Positions 41,570 through 51,838 are shown, counted from the stretch's first letter. The stretch: 64,000 nucleotides of DNA from an archaeon (GCA_043810775.1 JBDRNU010000025.1:48417-112416); one strand, 5' to 3'. The notes: generated from the sequence alone by a model not told the origin. Numbers and translations are program-made.

Positions 41570-44500
41570 ATGCAAAAACGAGGGGTTAGTGAAAAGTTAG
41601 TTGTAATTGTAATTATTGGAATATGTCTTGTAGCTTTATACTTCTTAGTTAATAATCCTTATACTGCTCAAGTAATTTCTGGAAATGTTGTGAGTGATGG
41701 AGGGAGGAGTGGCGGGGTGGTGGAAAGGGGGATTTCTGGTTTTAGTATTTTTGAGTGGGTGAGTAGTTTATTTGGCGGCGGGGAGGAGGTGATGTTGCAA
41801 CCAGCACCAATTTGCGAGGCAACAGGTCCTGGAGAATGTTTTTATGTCGCAACAGATGGTTTAGATACAAATGCTGGAACATTTGATTTTCCATTTGGAA
41901 CTTTGAAAAGAGCAATTCAGGGAATTGGACCAGGAGATGTTGTATATTTAAGAGGTGGAGTTTACAATGCTACTCAGAGGATTGATGGATGTGGTGATTC
42001 TGGGGGGTGGGGTACTCATAATTGTTTTGCTTATATAAATAATAAAGATGGGGCATTTCAAGATTGGATAAAAATTAAGTCTTATCCAGGAGAAAAAGCA
42101 ATTTTAGATCAGGGAATGTATAATGAAGTCCCTACTAATCCAAATATACAAATTGATTATTCTTCTTATTTTATTATAGAAGATTTAGAATTGAAAAATG
42201 GATATGGTGCAAATTTAATGGATGACAGCAACCATGATATGATATATAGGAACTTGGAGGTTCATGGGAAAAGAGGAGGTTATGAATTGTCAGGGGGATT
42301 TGTGGTTTCAGGTCCTTTGTATAATTATGTGATTGAAAATAATCTTATTTATGATAATCTTTGGGGTGCAGGAAATTCTATGTGCTCTATGAATATAGTT
42401 GAATTATTGCTTGGCGGAAGTGATATTGAGGGAAGGGGGGGAAGAAACATTACAGTTAGGAATAATTTAGTTAAAAATGGGTGTACTGGTATAAGAACCA
42501 AGCATTCTGACAGCGGTCCTCTTTATATTTATAATAATACAATAATAAATATGACTGATAATCATGGGGGGGGATGGGGTATTGGAACTATTGACTGGCA
42601 TAATGTTTATATTTCTAGAAATTTAATAAAAGATGTTACATTTGGACTTGGAAAAGCATTTTGGGGCTCCCCAATGTATACTAATCAGAATGTTACATAT
42701 GAGTATAACACAGTTTATAATTGTGCACAGGCAGGATTTGAATTTTATTCTGGAGGCAATGTAACATTAAGAAATAATATCTTTTATGAGTGCACTTCAA
42801 ATTCGCCTGGACCTTTTTCTTTTTATAGTTACTTTAATGACATCCCCACAAATCCAGATGATATTGATACAGACTATAATTGCATTTATCATACAACTTC
42901 TATACCTTATTTTGTTGGAGAGGGTTGGAATGCTCAAGTTTGGGATTATCCTTATGCAAGGGACAATTGGGGCTATGATGCTCATTCTGTAATGTGGCAG
43001 AATCCGCAAATACTTTCAACAACTTATGGAAGTCCTGATTTTTTAAGGCCGGCAAGTGGAAGTCCTTGCATAGATATGGGTTATTATGCAGGAGAGGCTC
43101 CTCCAGCACCAATTTGCGAAGCAACTGGAAGTGGGCAATGTTATTATATTGCAACAGATGGGTTAGATACAAATGCTGGAACATTTGATGAGCCCTTCTT
43201 AACCCTTGATCATGCAATAACATTGATTGGACCAGGAGATGTTGTATATTTAAGAGGAGGAACTTATGATGCAACTCAAAGAATTGGAGATTGTCTTGGA
43301 GGAGTTAATAATTGTTTTGCCGCAATTAATAATAAACATGGAACTGAAACTGATTGGATAACAATTAAAAGTTATCCAGGAGAGTGGGCTATTTTAGATC
43401 AAGGGCATTATTGTTATAATGGGATGGCTATGAATCCTTGTATGGAGATACATTCTAGCTCATTTATGAAAATTGAGAGTTTTGAATTAAAAAACGGTCA
43501 TGGGTCTACCTTAGGTGGTGGAGAAAATCATGATATGATTTTCAGGGATTTGGAAATTCATGGAACTAGAAGTGTAGCTGGAAGTTTTGGAGAGCCGTGT
43601 GTTGCGGATATAAAAAGTGGATTTGTAATGGGTCTTAATGGTCCAAGCTCAGATAATTATCTTATTGAAAATAATAAGATTTATGATAATATTATGGGTA
43701 TAGGCGGACCAGCTTGCGCAGTAAATGTTGCAGAAATTCATTTAGGAAGTGATGATCAGGTAACAAGTGGGAATAATATTACTATAAGGAATAATTTAAT
43801 TATGAATGGGTGTGAGGGAATAAGACAGAAACATTCTGGGGGAGGTCCTGTATATATTTATAATAATACTATAATTAATATGACTTGGGGTTGTGGAATA
43901 TCTAATATTGGCTTTGATAATACTTATGTTTATAGGAATTTATTATATAATGTTAGAAGAGGAATGGAAAATGGATTTTTTTCTGGAAGAGGGCATTCCA
44001 AAAATAATTTATTTGAGTATAATACTATTTATTGCAGGCCTGACAGTACTGCAGGTTTTGATTTTTGGTCTGGAGATAATCTTACTGTAAGGAGGAATAT
44101 TTTTGTTAATTGTAATGGTGGAGCTGAGGATATAAGATTTTATACTGTTATGACTGGATATGTACCTGATAATACTTTTGTAAATTTATCTACTGATGAA
44201 AATTGCATTTACCATACCACTAATGTAAATGATTATGTGTTTAAAGATTATGTTAAATATAATTATATTTATGCAAGAGATAACTGGGGCTATGATGTAA
44301 ATTCTGTGATGTGGCAGAATCCCCAAATACTTTCTACAACTTATGGAAGTCCTGATTTTTTAAGGCCTGCAAGTGGAAGTCCTTGCATAGATATGGGTTA
44401 TTACGCAGGGGAAGCACCAATTCAAACATGCGATGAGCAATTAGGAAATACATGCACATCTACTCAGGAATGTGATGGAAGCTGGACAGCTGCAAGTGAT

Positions 44501-47500
44501 ACTTCTTATTGTTGTTTAGGAACATGTGTTGATTGTACTGATATTGATGGAGATACTTATAATATTGAAGGAGGGGTTTGTGGTTTGGTTGATTGTAACG
44601 ATACAAATGAGTATATTAATCCCGGGAGTTCTCAGCCAAATTGTGATTGTGTTGGAACCCCAGAAGTTAGTGAGGTTGGTTTATGTACAAATACAATAGA
44701 TGATGATTGTGATGGTTTAACTGATTGTGTAGATGATGATTGTTCTATTGATGCAAATTGTGTTTGCACTGATAATGATGGAGATAATTATGGGGTGGGA
44801 GGAGGTTGTTTAGGAACTGATTGTGATGATAATAATATAAATGTTTGGGGTTTAGTTAGTTGCAATTATGATGGTGCTTCATGTGGGAATTATAATTTAT
44901 GTTTAATAGCTTGTCCAACTCCTCCTGCAGAAAATTGTTCAAATACAATAGATGATGATTGTGATGGTTTGGGTGATGCAAGTGATCCTGACTGTGGGGC
45001 ATCAACTTTAACAACAGGACTTGAAGCATATTATAGTTTTGATGTTGATGCAAATGATGATACTGGAAACGGGCACAATGGAGTAGTAACCGGAGCAACC
45101 CACTTGATAAGTAGTGGAAAATTAAATGGGGCTTATAGTTTTAATGGACCCTCATTAAGTAATTGTATTAATATTGCTGACTTTTATGTTCCTGAGATTA
45201 CAATTTCAGCTTGGGTGTGGAAAGATTCATCATATACTGCAACAGGTTATGCAGGAATTGTTAGTAAATGGGATAATGATTATTTTATGGGAATTACCAA
45301 TGGAATGTATTCTTTTTGGTTAACACCTGGTGTTACAATTGATACATCAATTACTTTTCCAAATGATGTCTGGACACATGTTGTAATGACTAAAAATGCA
45401 ACTACATTTAGAGTGTACAGAAATGGTGTTGAATTTGGTGCTCCTTTTCCTGTTTTAAGTTCTGGTTCAATTGTTGATGGCAGTCATATAATTAATATTG
45501 GATGTAATGATTATGCATCTAGCTTTTTTGGAGGAGATATAGATGAAGTTGGAATTTGGAATAGGGCTTTAGATGCTAGTGAGGTTTCACAATTATATAA
45601 TGGAGGGGTTGGATTGAATCCTTTAGAAAGTGGGCCAGAGTGTGTTATTGATAGTCCTGATTGTGATTATTTAGATGGGAATAGTTGTTCTGGAACTGAT
45701 TTTATGGATGATAATGGAGTTTGTAATGTTGGAGTATGTGAAGTTAGTTCAACATTAAATCAAGCTTGTGATGATGGAGCATTTTGTAATGGTGCTGAAA
45801 CCTGCGATTCTGTTGCAGGATGCTTGGCAGGAAGCAATCCTTGTCTTGGCCAGTCTTGTGATGAGATTGGTGATTTTTGTTATTTTCCTTGCACCCTTGA
45901 CACAGCAACATGGAATCCAACTGGCTTAGTTGATGAGGGAACTTTGATGACTTTAGAAGTTACTGGAACAAATTGCGATGGAGAGACAATTAACTTTGAA
46001 ATTTGGGAAGATGATTTAATTAATGGTGAAGATGCGTCTGATGATCCTGTAATAAATAATCCATTAAGTGTAACTTTTTCAGGAACAACTGCAACAGGAA
46101 CTTGGACTGCAGAATATCAAGACGATGTTGTTGGAAATCCTGAATATTATTTTATTGCAGAAGTTGATTCAAATCCAAGTGAAACAATTACTTCAGCTAG
46201 TGATTTACAAGTTCAGGAAATTGTTGCTCCTTATTGTGGTGATTTAACTTGTAATGGTGATGAAATTTGTGGAGATACAGATAATGCTCCTGAATGCAAT
46301 ACTGATTGTGATGTTTGTGGAACTGAAGAAACCATTGAAAACCTAACATCAGATAACTTCAAGTTTAGATTATACCACAATACTCCTGGAGAATTTGGAG
46401 TAGAAGTTTATAATGGCACTGATTTATTATTTGATAATCTTGTTATGGACTTGAGTGTTCCATTTGAGGAGTATTATTCAGATTATTCTGATGATTATAT
46501 TGTTAAGAAATATAATGGAACTTATTTTCAGTATAAGTTTAATGTTACAATGAATATTAGTTTAGCTGGAGGAGATAAATTAACTATTTATTCAGATATT
46601 CGACAAGAAAATCCCTCTTTAAGTTCAATTGCTTTGCAGCCAACTTTATTTGATTTTATTATCCAAAGAGATGAAGATATGCCTTATAGATTTTCTCCTA
46701 TTGATTTTACTGACATGATGGCAATGGGGCCTGTTGATTATACTAGTGAGTGGATTGGAAACTGCAGGGAAATATATGCTCCTTCTATAGGAGCTTTTTC
46801 AGATAATTTAGGAATTGTTGCAACTCAGATTGCACCTGATTTTTTAAATTATGAGCAAGATATATGTTTAGGTTATAAGAGAAAGCTAGGAGATAATGAT
46901 CTTGTAAAAATACATCACAGTTTTTATGATACCTCCACTGATAATTTTGGTGTATTAAATTTAAGTTCTGGAATTCCTGAATATTTTGGATATATAATTG
47001 AACCTTTTTACTTAAATGAAGTTAGATTAAATCCAAGAATCCCAGATGCAGATGCAATGAAAGTAATGAGTATTTCTGCTGATCATGTAAAAGAGTATAT
47101 TTTTACTAGTGAAAGTCAAAATACATATGATATTAATGGAAATGTTGTTGGTTATATACAGCCATTTAATAATGATTCTGCAGATAAGTTTGTTGATATA
47201 GGGACTGTTGCAACAGAAAGCCAGTTTAGAGATAGTGTTTTTGAAGATTGTGGTCCTCATCCAGGAGGAATTTCTTGTGTAAGTGAGGATGGAGCAGGGG
47301 GATTAAGCCAGAATATGATTGAAAATGTTACAGGGTTTTCACAAAAAGGAATTGATATTTTTGCTTATGTTAATATAGGTGTTCTAAAGAATAGCTCAAC
47401 TGAGCTGTTTGAGAAATATAATGGTTGTTTAGCTAAAAATTCAACAGGTGATTTTTATATAAATTCTTTCTTCCCAACTAGTCACGAAATTGATTATAGA

Positions 47501-49210
47501 AATTCTACATGTAGGGAGTGGATTAAAAATAAAATGGTGGATGAATATTTATATTATAATCAGGATGTGAATAGATTTGCAGGATATAGATTTGATGCGA
47601 TTATGGGAGAAGCAGAAGTTGTTGATAATTTTGGTAATGGGCAGAGGACTATAACTGAACCTGCATTCAAGACTTTTATTGATTATTATGTATATGATTT
47701 ATTTCCTGCATTGAAATTAGCAGACCCTGAAATAAAATTACTAGTCAACCCTCCATTTATCTTACAAACCGGTGATTTAGGAGATGGTTATGGTGTAGGG
47801 GATAGACAGGCAGCAAAAGAAGAATATCCTTATTTCCATCTATATGATAGAAATTTATTGCCTTACTTACAGATGTTGACTAATAAGACTTTATTAAACA
47901 TATATGGTAGGCATCATGATGGTCAGAGGGCCATGGTTTATAGATTACCTCTACCTGTTTATGAATTTGGAAATATGATGTTTGATGATAGAGAAATTTT
48001 CTTAGAAAAAACTAATGAGATTGCTTTTGAAAAAGGTGGTTTTGATGTTGTTGAAGAAACAATCTTGTATCCTGGAGGGAATGAAATAATCCCTTATAAT
48101 TCTTATGAATTAGTCTTGCTAGGAAAATTAAAAACAACTGATGATGGAAGTGAGTATTTATTTATAGGGTCTTTTAACAAAAATTTGAATTTTACATATT
48201 CAAATATTTCTAGTATTTATTTTATGCAAGGCAAAAATATCACAAATGCAGTTGATAATTCTGGAATTAAAGAAATAAGTGCAGAGATTCTTGCAGATGG
48301 TTTAATAATAGCAAGCCCTGTTCCTTTAAATGTAGTTAGTGACAATGAGGTTAATTTAAGAGTTTATAGTTATACTCAAGAAAAAGTTAATCTTAATATT
48401 GATGGAACAGGTAATCTAACACTAGAATTTAAGGAGCTTTTACCTAGCGCAAAATATAATGTAACTGCTACAACAAACTATTCTTCTAATACTAATGTAA
48501 ATGGAGATTTATTATTTGATATTGAATTAACTGAGGAGGTATTTATTGAACTTGTTTTAGATTCAGAACTTCCTCAAGAAACATGCTCTGATGGAATTCA
48601 GAACCAGGGGGAGACAGGAGTTGATTGTGGAGGTCCTTGTATAGCCTGTTCTAGTGATGATGATTCTAGCGGAGATGATAGTAGTGGGGGTGGCGGAGGT
48701 CCTAGTTTTCCTCCTGGGAATGTAACTACTCCTACAAATCAGTCTCAGACTAATATTACTATACCTGAAGGAATTGAGTGCATTCCTGGAACTTGTAATT
48801 TTACTAGCAAGATGCACTGCTCTGATTTTGGGTACTGGGTTGAAGAAGAGTATTGCAGTTATTGTGAAGATGATGTATGCCAGAAGGATTATTGCGGTGA
48901 TGGGATATGCCAAAAGTACTTAGATGAGGATTTTAGAAGCTGTATGGCAGACTGCAAAACAGACTTAATAGTTCCAATTATTTCTGCAATAATTATCTTT
49001 ACTATAATATTGTTTAATGTAATCTCTATTGTAAGGTCTAAGCCAAAAACTAAATTTATTACTTCAAAAGACACTAAATATTTTAATGTATTAAAACCAT
49101 TTTTAGAAAAAGCTATTCAAAAAGGGTATAAAAAAGAGCAGATTAGAAAATTACTGCTTGAAAAGAAGTGGCCTAAAGATATTGTTGATAAGGCGCTAAG
49201 GGTATTATAA
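41570..49210 (+). CDS. Giant (2546 aa) membrane-anchored surface protein: two tandem right-handed beta-helix units, Cys-rich MopE-like metal-binding repeats, a LamG/ConA-like lectin domain, a large unassigned region, and a Cys-rich C-terminal module + TM + basic tail
   Basis: N-terminal anchor LVVIVIIGICLVALYFLV. YVATDGLDTNAGTFDFPFGTLKRAI..GPGDVVYLRGGVY and NITVRNNL repeats (beta-helix), present twice. DCNDTNEYINPG / DCDGLTDCVDDDC motifs. LEAYYSFD...GNGHNG...DEVGIWNRALDASEVSQLYN (LamG-like). TM LIVPIISAIIIFTIILFNVISIV. Confidence 0.9.
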   Translation: MQKRGVSEKLVVIVIIGICLVALYFLVNNPYTAQVISGNVVSDGGRSGGVVERGISGFSIFEWVSSLFGGGEEVMLQPAPICEATGPGECFYVATDGLDTNAGTFDFPFGTLKRAIQGIGPGDVVYLRGGVYNATQRIDGCGDSGGWGTHNCFAYINNKDGAFQDWIKIKSYPGEKAILDQGMYNEVPTNPNIQIDYSSYFIIEDLELKNGYGANLMDDSNHDMIYRNLEVHGKRGGYELSGGFVVSGPLYNYVIENNLIYDNLWGAGNSMCSMNIVELLLGGSDIEGRGGRNITVRNNLVKNGCTGIRTKHSDSGPLYIYNNTIINMTDNHGGGWGIGTIDWHNVYISRNLIKDVTFGLGKAFWGSPMYTNQNVTYEYNTVYNCAQAGFEFYSGGNVTLRNNIFYECTSNSPGPFSFYSYFNDIPTNPDDIDTDYNCIYHTTSIPYFVGEGWNAQVWDYPYARDNWGYDAHSVMWQNPQILSTTYGSPDFLRPASGSPCIDMGYYAGEAPPAPICEATGSGQCYYIATDGLDTNAGTFDEPFLTLDHAITLIGPGDVVYLRGGTYDATQRIGDCLGGVNNCFAAINNKHGTETDWITIKSYPGEWAILDQGHYCYNGMAMNPCMEIHSSSFMKIESFELKNGHGSTLGGGENHDMIFRDLEIHGTRSVAGSFGEPCVADIKSGFVMGLNGPSSDNYLIENNKIYDNIMGIGGPACAVNVAEIHLGSDDQVTSGNNITIRNNLIMNGCEGIRQKHSGGGPVYIYNNTIINMTWGCGISNIGFDNTYVYRNLLYNVRRGMENGFFSGRGHSKNNLFEYNTIYCRPDSTAGFDFWSGDNLTVRRNIFVNCNGGAEDIRFYTVMTGYVPDNTFVNLSTDENCIYHTTNVNDYVFKDYVKYNYIYARDNWGYDVNSVMWQNPQILSTTYGSPDFLRPASGSPCIDMGYYAGEAPIQTCDEQLGNTCTSTQECDGSWTAASDTSYCCLGTCVDCTDIDGDTYNIEGGVCGLVDCNDTNEYINPGSSQPNCDCVGTPEVSEVGLCTNTIDDDCDGLTDCVDDDCSIDANCVCTDNDGDNYGVGGGCLGTDCDDNNINVWGLVSCNYDGASCGNYNLCLIACPTPPAENCSNTIDDDCDGLGDASDPDCGASTLTTGLEAYYSFDVDANDDTGNGHNGVVTGATHLISSGKLNGAYSFNGPSLSNCINIADFYVPEITISAWVWKDSSYTATGYAGIVSKWDNDYFMGITNGMYSFWLTPGVTIDTSITFPNDVWTHVVMTKNATTFRVYRNGVEFGAPFPVLSSGSIVDGSHIINIGCNDYASSFFGGDIDEVGIWNRALDASEVSQLYNGGVGLNPLESGPECVIDSPDCDYLDGNSCSGTDFMDDNGVCNVGVCEVSSTLNQACDDGAFCNGAETCDSVAGCLAGSNPCLGQSCDEIGDFCYFPCTLDTATWNPTGLVDEGTLMTLEVTGTNCDGETINFEIWEDDLINGEDASDDPVINNPLSVTFSGTTATGTWTAEYQDDVVGNPEYYFIAEVDSNPSETITSASDLQVQEIVAPYCGDLTCNGDEICGDTDNAPECNTDCDVCGTEETIENLTSDNFKFRLYHNTPGEFGVEVYNGTDLLFDNLVMDLSVPFEEYYSDYSDDYIVKKYNGTYFQYKFNVTMNISLAGGDKLTIYSDIRQENPSLSSIALQPTLFDFIIQRDEDMPYRFSPIDFTDMMAMGPVDYTSEWIGNCREIYAPSIGAFSDNLGIVATQIAPDFLNYEQDICLGYKRKLGDNDLVKIHHSFYDTSTDNFGVLNLSSGIPEYFGYIIEPFYLNEVRLNPRIPDADAMKVMSISADHVKEYIFTSESQNTYDINGNVVGYIQPFNNDSADKFVDIGTVATESQFRDSVFEDCGPHPGGISCVSEDGAGGLSQNMIENVTGFSQKGIDIFAYVNIGVLKNSSTELFEKYNGCLAKNSTGDFYINSFFPTSHEIDYRNSTCREWIKNKMVDEYLYYNQDVNRFAGYRFDAIMGEAEVVDNFGNGQRTITEPAFKTFIDYYVYDLFPALKLADPEIKLLVNPPFILQTGDLGDGYGVGDRQAAKEEYPYFHLYDRNLLPYLQMLTNKTLLNIYGRHHDGQRAMVYRLPLPVYEFGNMMFDDREIFLEKTNEIAFEKGGFDVVEETILYPGGNEIIPYNSYELVLLGKLKTTDDGSEYLFIGSFNKNLNFTYSNISSIYFMQGKNITNAVDNSGIKEISAEILADGLIIASPVPLNVVSDNEVNLRVYSYTQEKVNLNIDGTGNLTLEFKELLPSAKYNVTATTNYSSNTNVNGDLLFDIELTEEVFIELVLDSELPQETCSDGIQNQGETGVDCGGPCIACSSDDDSSGDDSSGGGGGPSFPPGNVTTPTNQSQTNITIPEGIECIPGTCNFTSKMHCSDFGYWVEEEYCSYCEDDVCQKDYCGDGICQKYLDEDFRSCMADCKTDLIVPIISAIIIFTIILFNVISIVRSKPKTKFITSKDTKYFNVLKPFLEKAIQKGYKKEQIRKLLLEKKWPKDIVDKALRVL
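41801..44412 (+). repeat. Intragenic tandem duplication of ~1.3 kb (unit 1 41801-43102, unit 2 43103-44412) encoding the two beta-helix units
   Basis: Both units start CCAGCACCAATTTGCGA(G/A)GCAAC... (APICEATG). Both end with an almost identical ~100-nt segment (42992-43092 vs 44309-44409; 4 mismatches counted by eye). Confidence 0.8.
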
Positions 49211-50022
49211 TGAGAAAGTGTGTAGTAGCTGGCCAGTTTTATCCAAAAGACAAGGATGAGCTAATGGAAATTATTGATATTTTTCTTAGTGAGGTTCAAA
49301 GCGTTGAGAGACATAAGATAATTGGGGGAGTAGTACCTCATGCAGGTTATATATTTTCAGGCAAGACTGCTGGTTACTTTTTTAAGAGTTTAATTGATAG
49401 TAATTTTGACACTTTTATTATTCTTGGGACTAATCATTCTGGTTTAGGTGATAAAATTGCACTAAGTTTGGAAGATTTTGAAACTCCATTAGGAATAGTT
49501 AAAAATGATAAGAAGCTAAGTGAAGAGCTACTAAAGTATTTTAAGCTAAATGAACAGGCCCACAAGTCAGAACATAGTATTGAGGTTCAGCTTCCTTTTT
49601 TGCAAGTTGTCAAGAAAAAATTTACATTTGTTCCGATTTTAGTAAAAGACTTGAATTTAGAAGATATAAAAGATTATTCTGAAAAAATAGCTAGCTCTAT
49701 TGGAAGGCATAGTGGCAAGGTTTGCATAATTGCTAGCAGTGATTTTACTCATTATGGGCGAGTTTATGGATTTACTAGCAAGGAGGATATAAAAACTATT
49801 GATAAGAGGGTAATTGATAAGATTTTAGAGTATAGTGTTGGCGGTTTTTTAAAAGAAGCTGGCAAAACTAGTGTTTGTGGCAAGGATGCTATTGCTTTAT
49901 GTATGGAAGTTTGCATGAGGCTTGGCTCGAAAAAGGCCAAGGAACTGAAGTATTCTACTTCTGCTGAAGTTTCTGGAGATAAAAATATAGAAGTGGGATA
50001 TGCTAGTCTAGTGTTTGTATAG
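49210..50022 (+). CDS. Memo-like protein (AmmeMemoRadiSam system protein B family)
   Basis: VVAGQFYPKDKDEL ... GGVVPHAGYIFSGKTAGYFF ... FIILGTNHSG are the Memo-family signature. The start shares one base with the giant gene's stop (TAATG). Confidence 0.8.
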   Translation: MRKCVVAGQFYPKDKDELMEIIDIFLSEVQSVERHKIIGGVVPHAGYIFSGKTAGYFFKSLIDSNFDTFIILGTNHSGLGDKIALSLEDFETPLGIVKNDKKLSEELLKYFKLNEQAHKSEHSIEVQLPFLQVVKKKFTFVPILVKDLNLEDIKDYSEKIASSIGRHSGKVCIIASSDFTHYGRVYGFTSKEDIKTIDKRVIDKILEYSVGGFLKEAGKTSVCGKDAIALCMEVCMRLGSKKAKELKYSTSAEVSGDKNIEVGYASLVFV

Positions 50023-50455
50023 ATTTCTTAGCTAAGTCTGTGCCCAATCCAAGAGTTAAAAGCAAAGCTCGAGCATTATGTTCATCCTTATAATTAATAA
50101 TTTTTAAACTAGCTTTATATTTTTTAATTAGCTTTAGATTTTGCATTACACGAGCGAGAATTTTTGCTCTTTCTTGATATTTATTTCTTAGTATTTCATT
50201 AAAGTCCAAGATAAGGGTGATGTTATTATCGCGAGCTATCTTGCATAGAACTTGGTTTAATCCAGAATCTCGCTGTTTTAGCTTATCGTGTTTATTTTCA
50301 TGATTTAAGATTAAGGCTGAAACTTTCTTATTTTCAAGAATCTTGCGATTAAACTCTATATCTTTTCCTTGCACTATAACTTTTTCTTTTTTTGAAGAAA
50401 TTTTATCAATTTGCTTTCTTGCTTGATTTATATTAGAAGAATCTATAATTTCCAT
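50003..50455 (-). CDS. RNase P protein component 3 (Rpp30)-like, short form (150 aa)
   Basis: By-eye alignment of VSALILNHENKHDKLKQRDSGLNQVLCKIARDNNITLILDFNEIL...RAKILARVMQNLKLIKKYKASLKIIN...ARALLLTLGLG with the C-terminal two-thirds of archaeal Rpp30 (recalled from memory). Confidence 0.5.
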   Translation of the reverse strand: MEIIDSSNINQARKQIDKISSKKEKVIVQGKDIEFNRKILENKKVSALILNHENKHDKLKQRDSGLNQVLCKIARDNNITLILDFNEILRNKYQERAKILARVMQNLKLIKKYKASLKIINYKDEHNARALLLTLGLGTDLAKKSIQTLD

Positions 50456-51139
50456 TTATCTTGATATTGTTGTACCTTTAAATTTCTTATTATTTAGGAA
50501 ATTATCTAAATTTTTAAGATCTAGTCCAAAAATATAAGCTGGAATTTTGTTATCGCGGATTATCTTAGCTGAAGTCTGGTCTAGGGGAAAATGCTGTCCC
50601 GGCTTGAATGCGAACTTGTTCACCATTTTATAAAAATCCTCCCAGGATATTTCAGATATAAATTTTGCATTTTTGAATTTCTGAGGATTTTTATCATATA
50701 ATCCCTGAACATTAGTTATATTTATAAAAATTGTATTAAAATATGCAGCTATTTCGCAAGCAGTTGAATCAGTTGTCTGCTTAACTTTATAGCCAAGGGC
50801 GCCACAAATTGCAATATCTTGTTTTTTAATCAGTTTCTTTAGCTTCTTCATTGTAGTAGGAATAACCTGTTCTGGGTCTTGATTGAAGTAAACTGAGACA
50901 AATTTAGCATTTGCCCGAGTAGCAGCTATTCCTGCTGTACTTTGAATTTTATATGAGTTATTTTTTAAAGCTGAAATATATTTTCTTGCAAGGCTTCCTC
51001 CTCCAGTTACTAAAATGAACTTGTAATTTTTAGTGTTTTTATTTATTATTTTCTTAAATTTTTCCAGGAAGTTTGAATTAACTTCGTCTGGAATAATCAT
51101 GCTTCCCCCAAGACTTATTACTATTATCCTCCTTTTCAT
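50456..51139 (-). CDS. pyrH: UMP kinase (archaeal type)
   Basis: RRIIVISLGGSMIIP ... FILVTGGGSLARKYI ... ATRANAKF ... NVQGLYDKNP fit the amino-acid-kinase fold of archaeal PyrH. I prefer the internal start MKRRIIV (51139) over the track start 51160, which overlaps the toxin gene. Confidence 0.85.
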   Translation of the reverse strand: MKRRIIVISLGGSMIIPDEVNSNFLEKFKKIINKNTKNYKFILVTGGGSLARKYISALKNNSYKIQSTAGIAATRANAKFVSVYFNQDPEQVIPTTMKKLKKLIKKQDIAICGALGYKVKQTTDSTACEIAAYFNTIFINITNVQGLYDKNPQKFKNAKFISEISWEDFYKMVNKFAFKPGQHFPLDQTSAKIIRDNKIPAYIFGLDLKNLDNFLNNKKFKGTTISR

Positions 51140-51140
51140 G

Positions 51141-51503
51141 TTATTTAGATTTGTAACCAAATATTCTATTATAATCTTTATGATTTGTGATATTTAGTAT
51201 AAAGCAAATTACGTCAATTTCATCTCCTTTAATTGTATAGATCATTCTCCAAAAATTTGTTAATTCAACTCGCCATAAATTTGAAACATTAAATTTTTTA
51301 GGTATTAGCTCTTTCTTAATATTATCCCCATAAAATGGATTTTCTTTAATTAATTCTACTTTATTTTTAATTGATTTAAATAGTTGCATCTCTTGTGAAT
51401 TTGTTTTTCCAGATTCTAATTGCTTTCCTACAATTTCATTTAATTTTATAAATGATTCTTTTGCATCGTCCAGTAAAATTACTTTTACTGGCTTGTTTAT
51501 CAT
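51141..51503 (-). CDS. RelE/ParE-superfamily toxin-like protein (120 aa)
   Basis: NPFYGDNIKKELIPKKF..SNLWRVELTNFWRMIYTIKGDEIDVICFILNITNHKDY is the typical RelE/YoeB-like C-terminal pattern. ATGA-type overlap with the upstream small gene. Confidence 0.6.
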   Translation of the reverse strand: MINKPVKVILLDDAKESFIKLNEIVGKQLESGKTNSQEMQLFKSIKNKVELIKENPFYGDNIKKELIPKKFNVSNLWRVELTNFWRMIYTIKGDEIDVICFILNITNHKDYNRIFGYKSK

Positions 51504-51772
51504 ATTTCCAAACCTCTTTTTATCAGTTTATTAAGCTCTTCTCTTGGTGTATAAATCCAGACAACCCCTTTTGTTGATATTAAAATTTTTCCACTTATTT
51601 GCAAATAATCAATAATTTTGAGCAGGGTTGAATGCATTATCTTTTTTGGAAGCCTTCTTTTTAATTCTGCTATAGATATTACTTCTTTTGCATTTCTTAA
51701 TTCTTTTTCAACCATTAAAACAGTGTTTAAAGTTGGGGAGTGTTCAATTTTGTTTATTATTTCTTGTTTCAT
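51500..51772 (-). CDS. Putative antitoxin / small wHTH-like protein (90 aa)
   Basis: Position immediately upstream of and overlapping the RelE-like gene. No clear family. Confidence 0.45.
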   Translation of the reverse strand: MKQEIINKIEHSPTLNTVLMVEKELRNAKEVISIAELKRRLPKKIMHSTLLKIIDYLQISGKILISTKGVVWIYTPREELNKLIKRGLEI

Positions 51773-51820
51773 ACAGTGTATTATTTATATAATTTAGATA
51801 TATTTATATACCTTTTAAAT

Positions 51821-51838
51821 ATATAAATGTTTCTGTTT
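51821..51838 (-). promoter_or_regulatory. BRE/TATA-like promoter (plus strand ATATAAATGTTTCTGTTT) upstream of the antitoxin/toxin/pyrH operon
   Basis: Same motif family as 13591, 18564 and 37088. Confidence 0.4.

Noticed and set aside
42786-49074. Alternative-frame and antisense ORFs within the second giant gene (42786..42992, 42797..43009, 42900..43274, 43893..44090, 44856..45098, 47027..47260, 48563..48913, 48889..49074)
   Set aside because: They are nested within a continuous 7.6-kb ORF with recognisable beta-helix, LamG and Cys-rich domains. There is no independent support.
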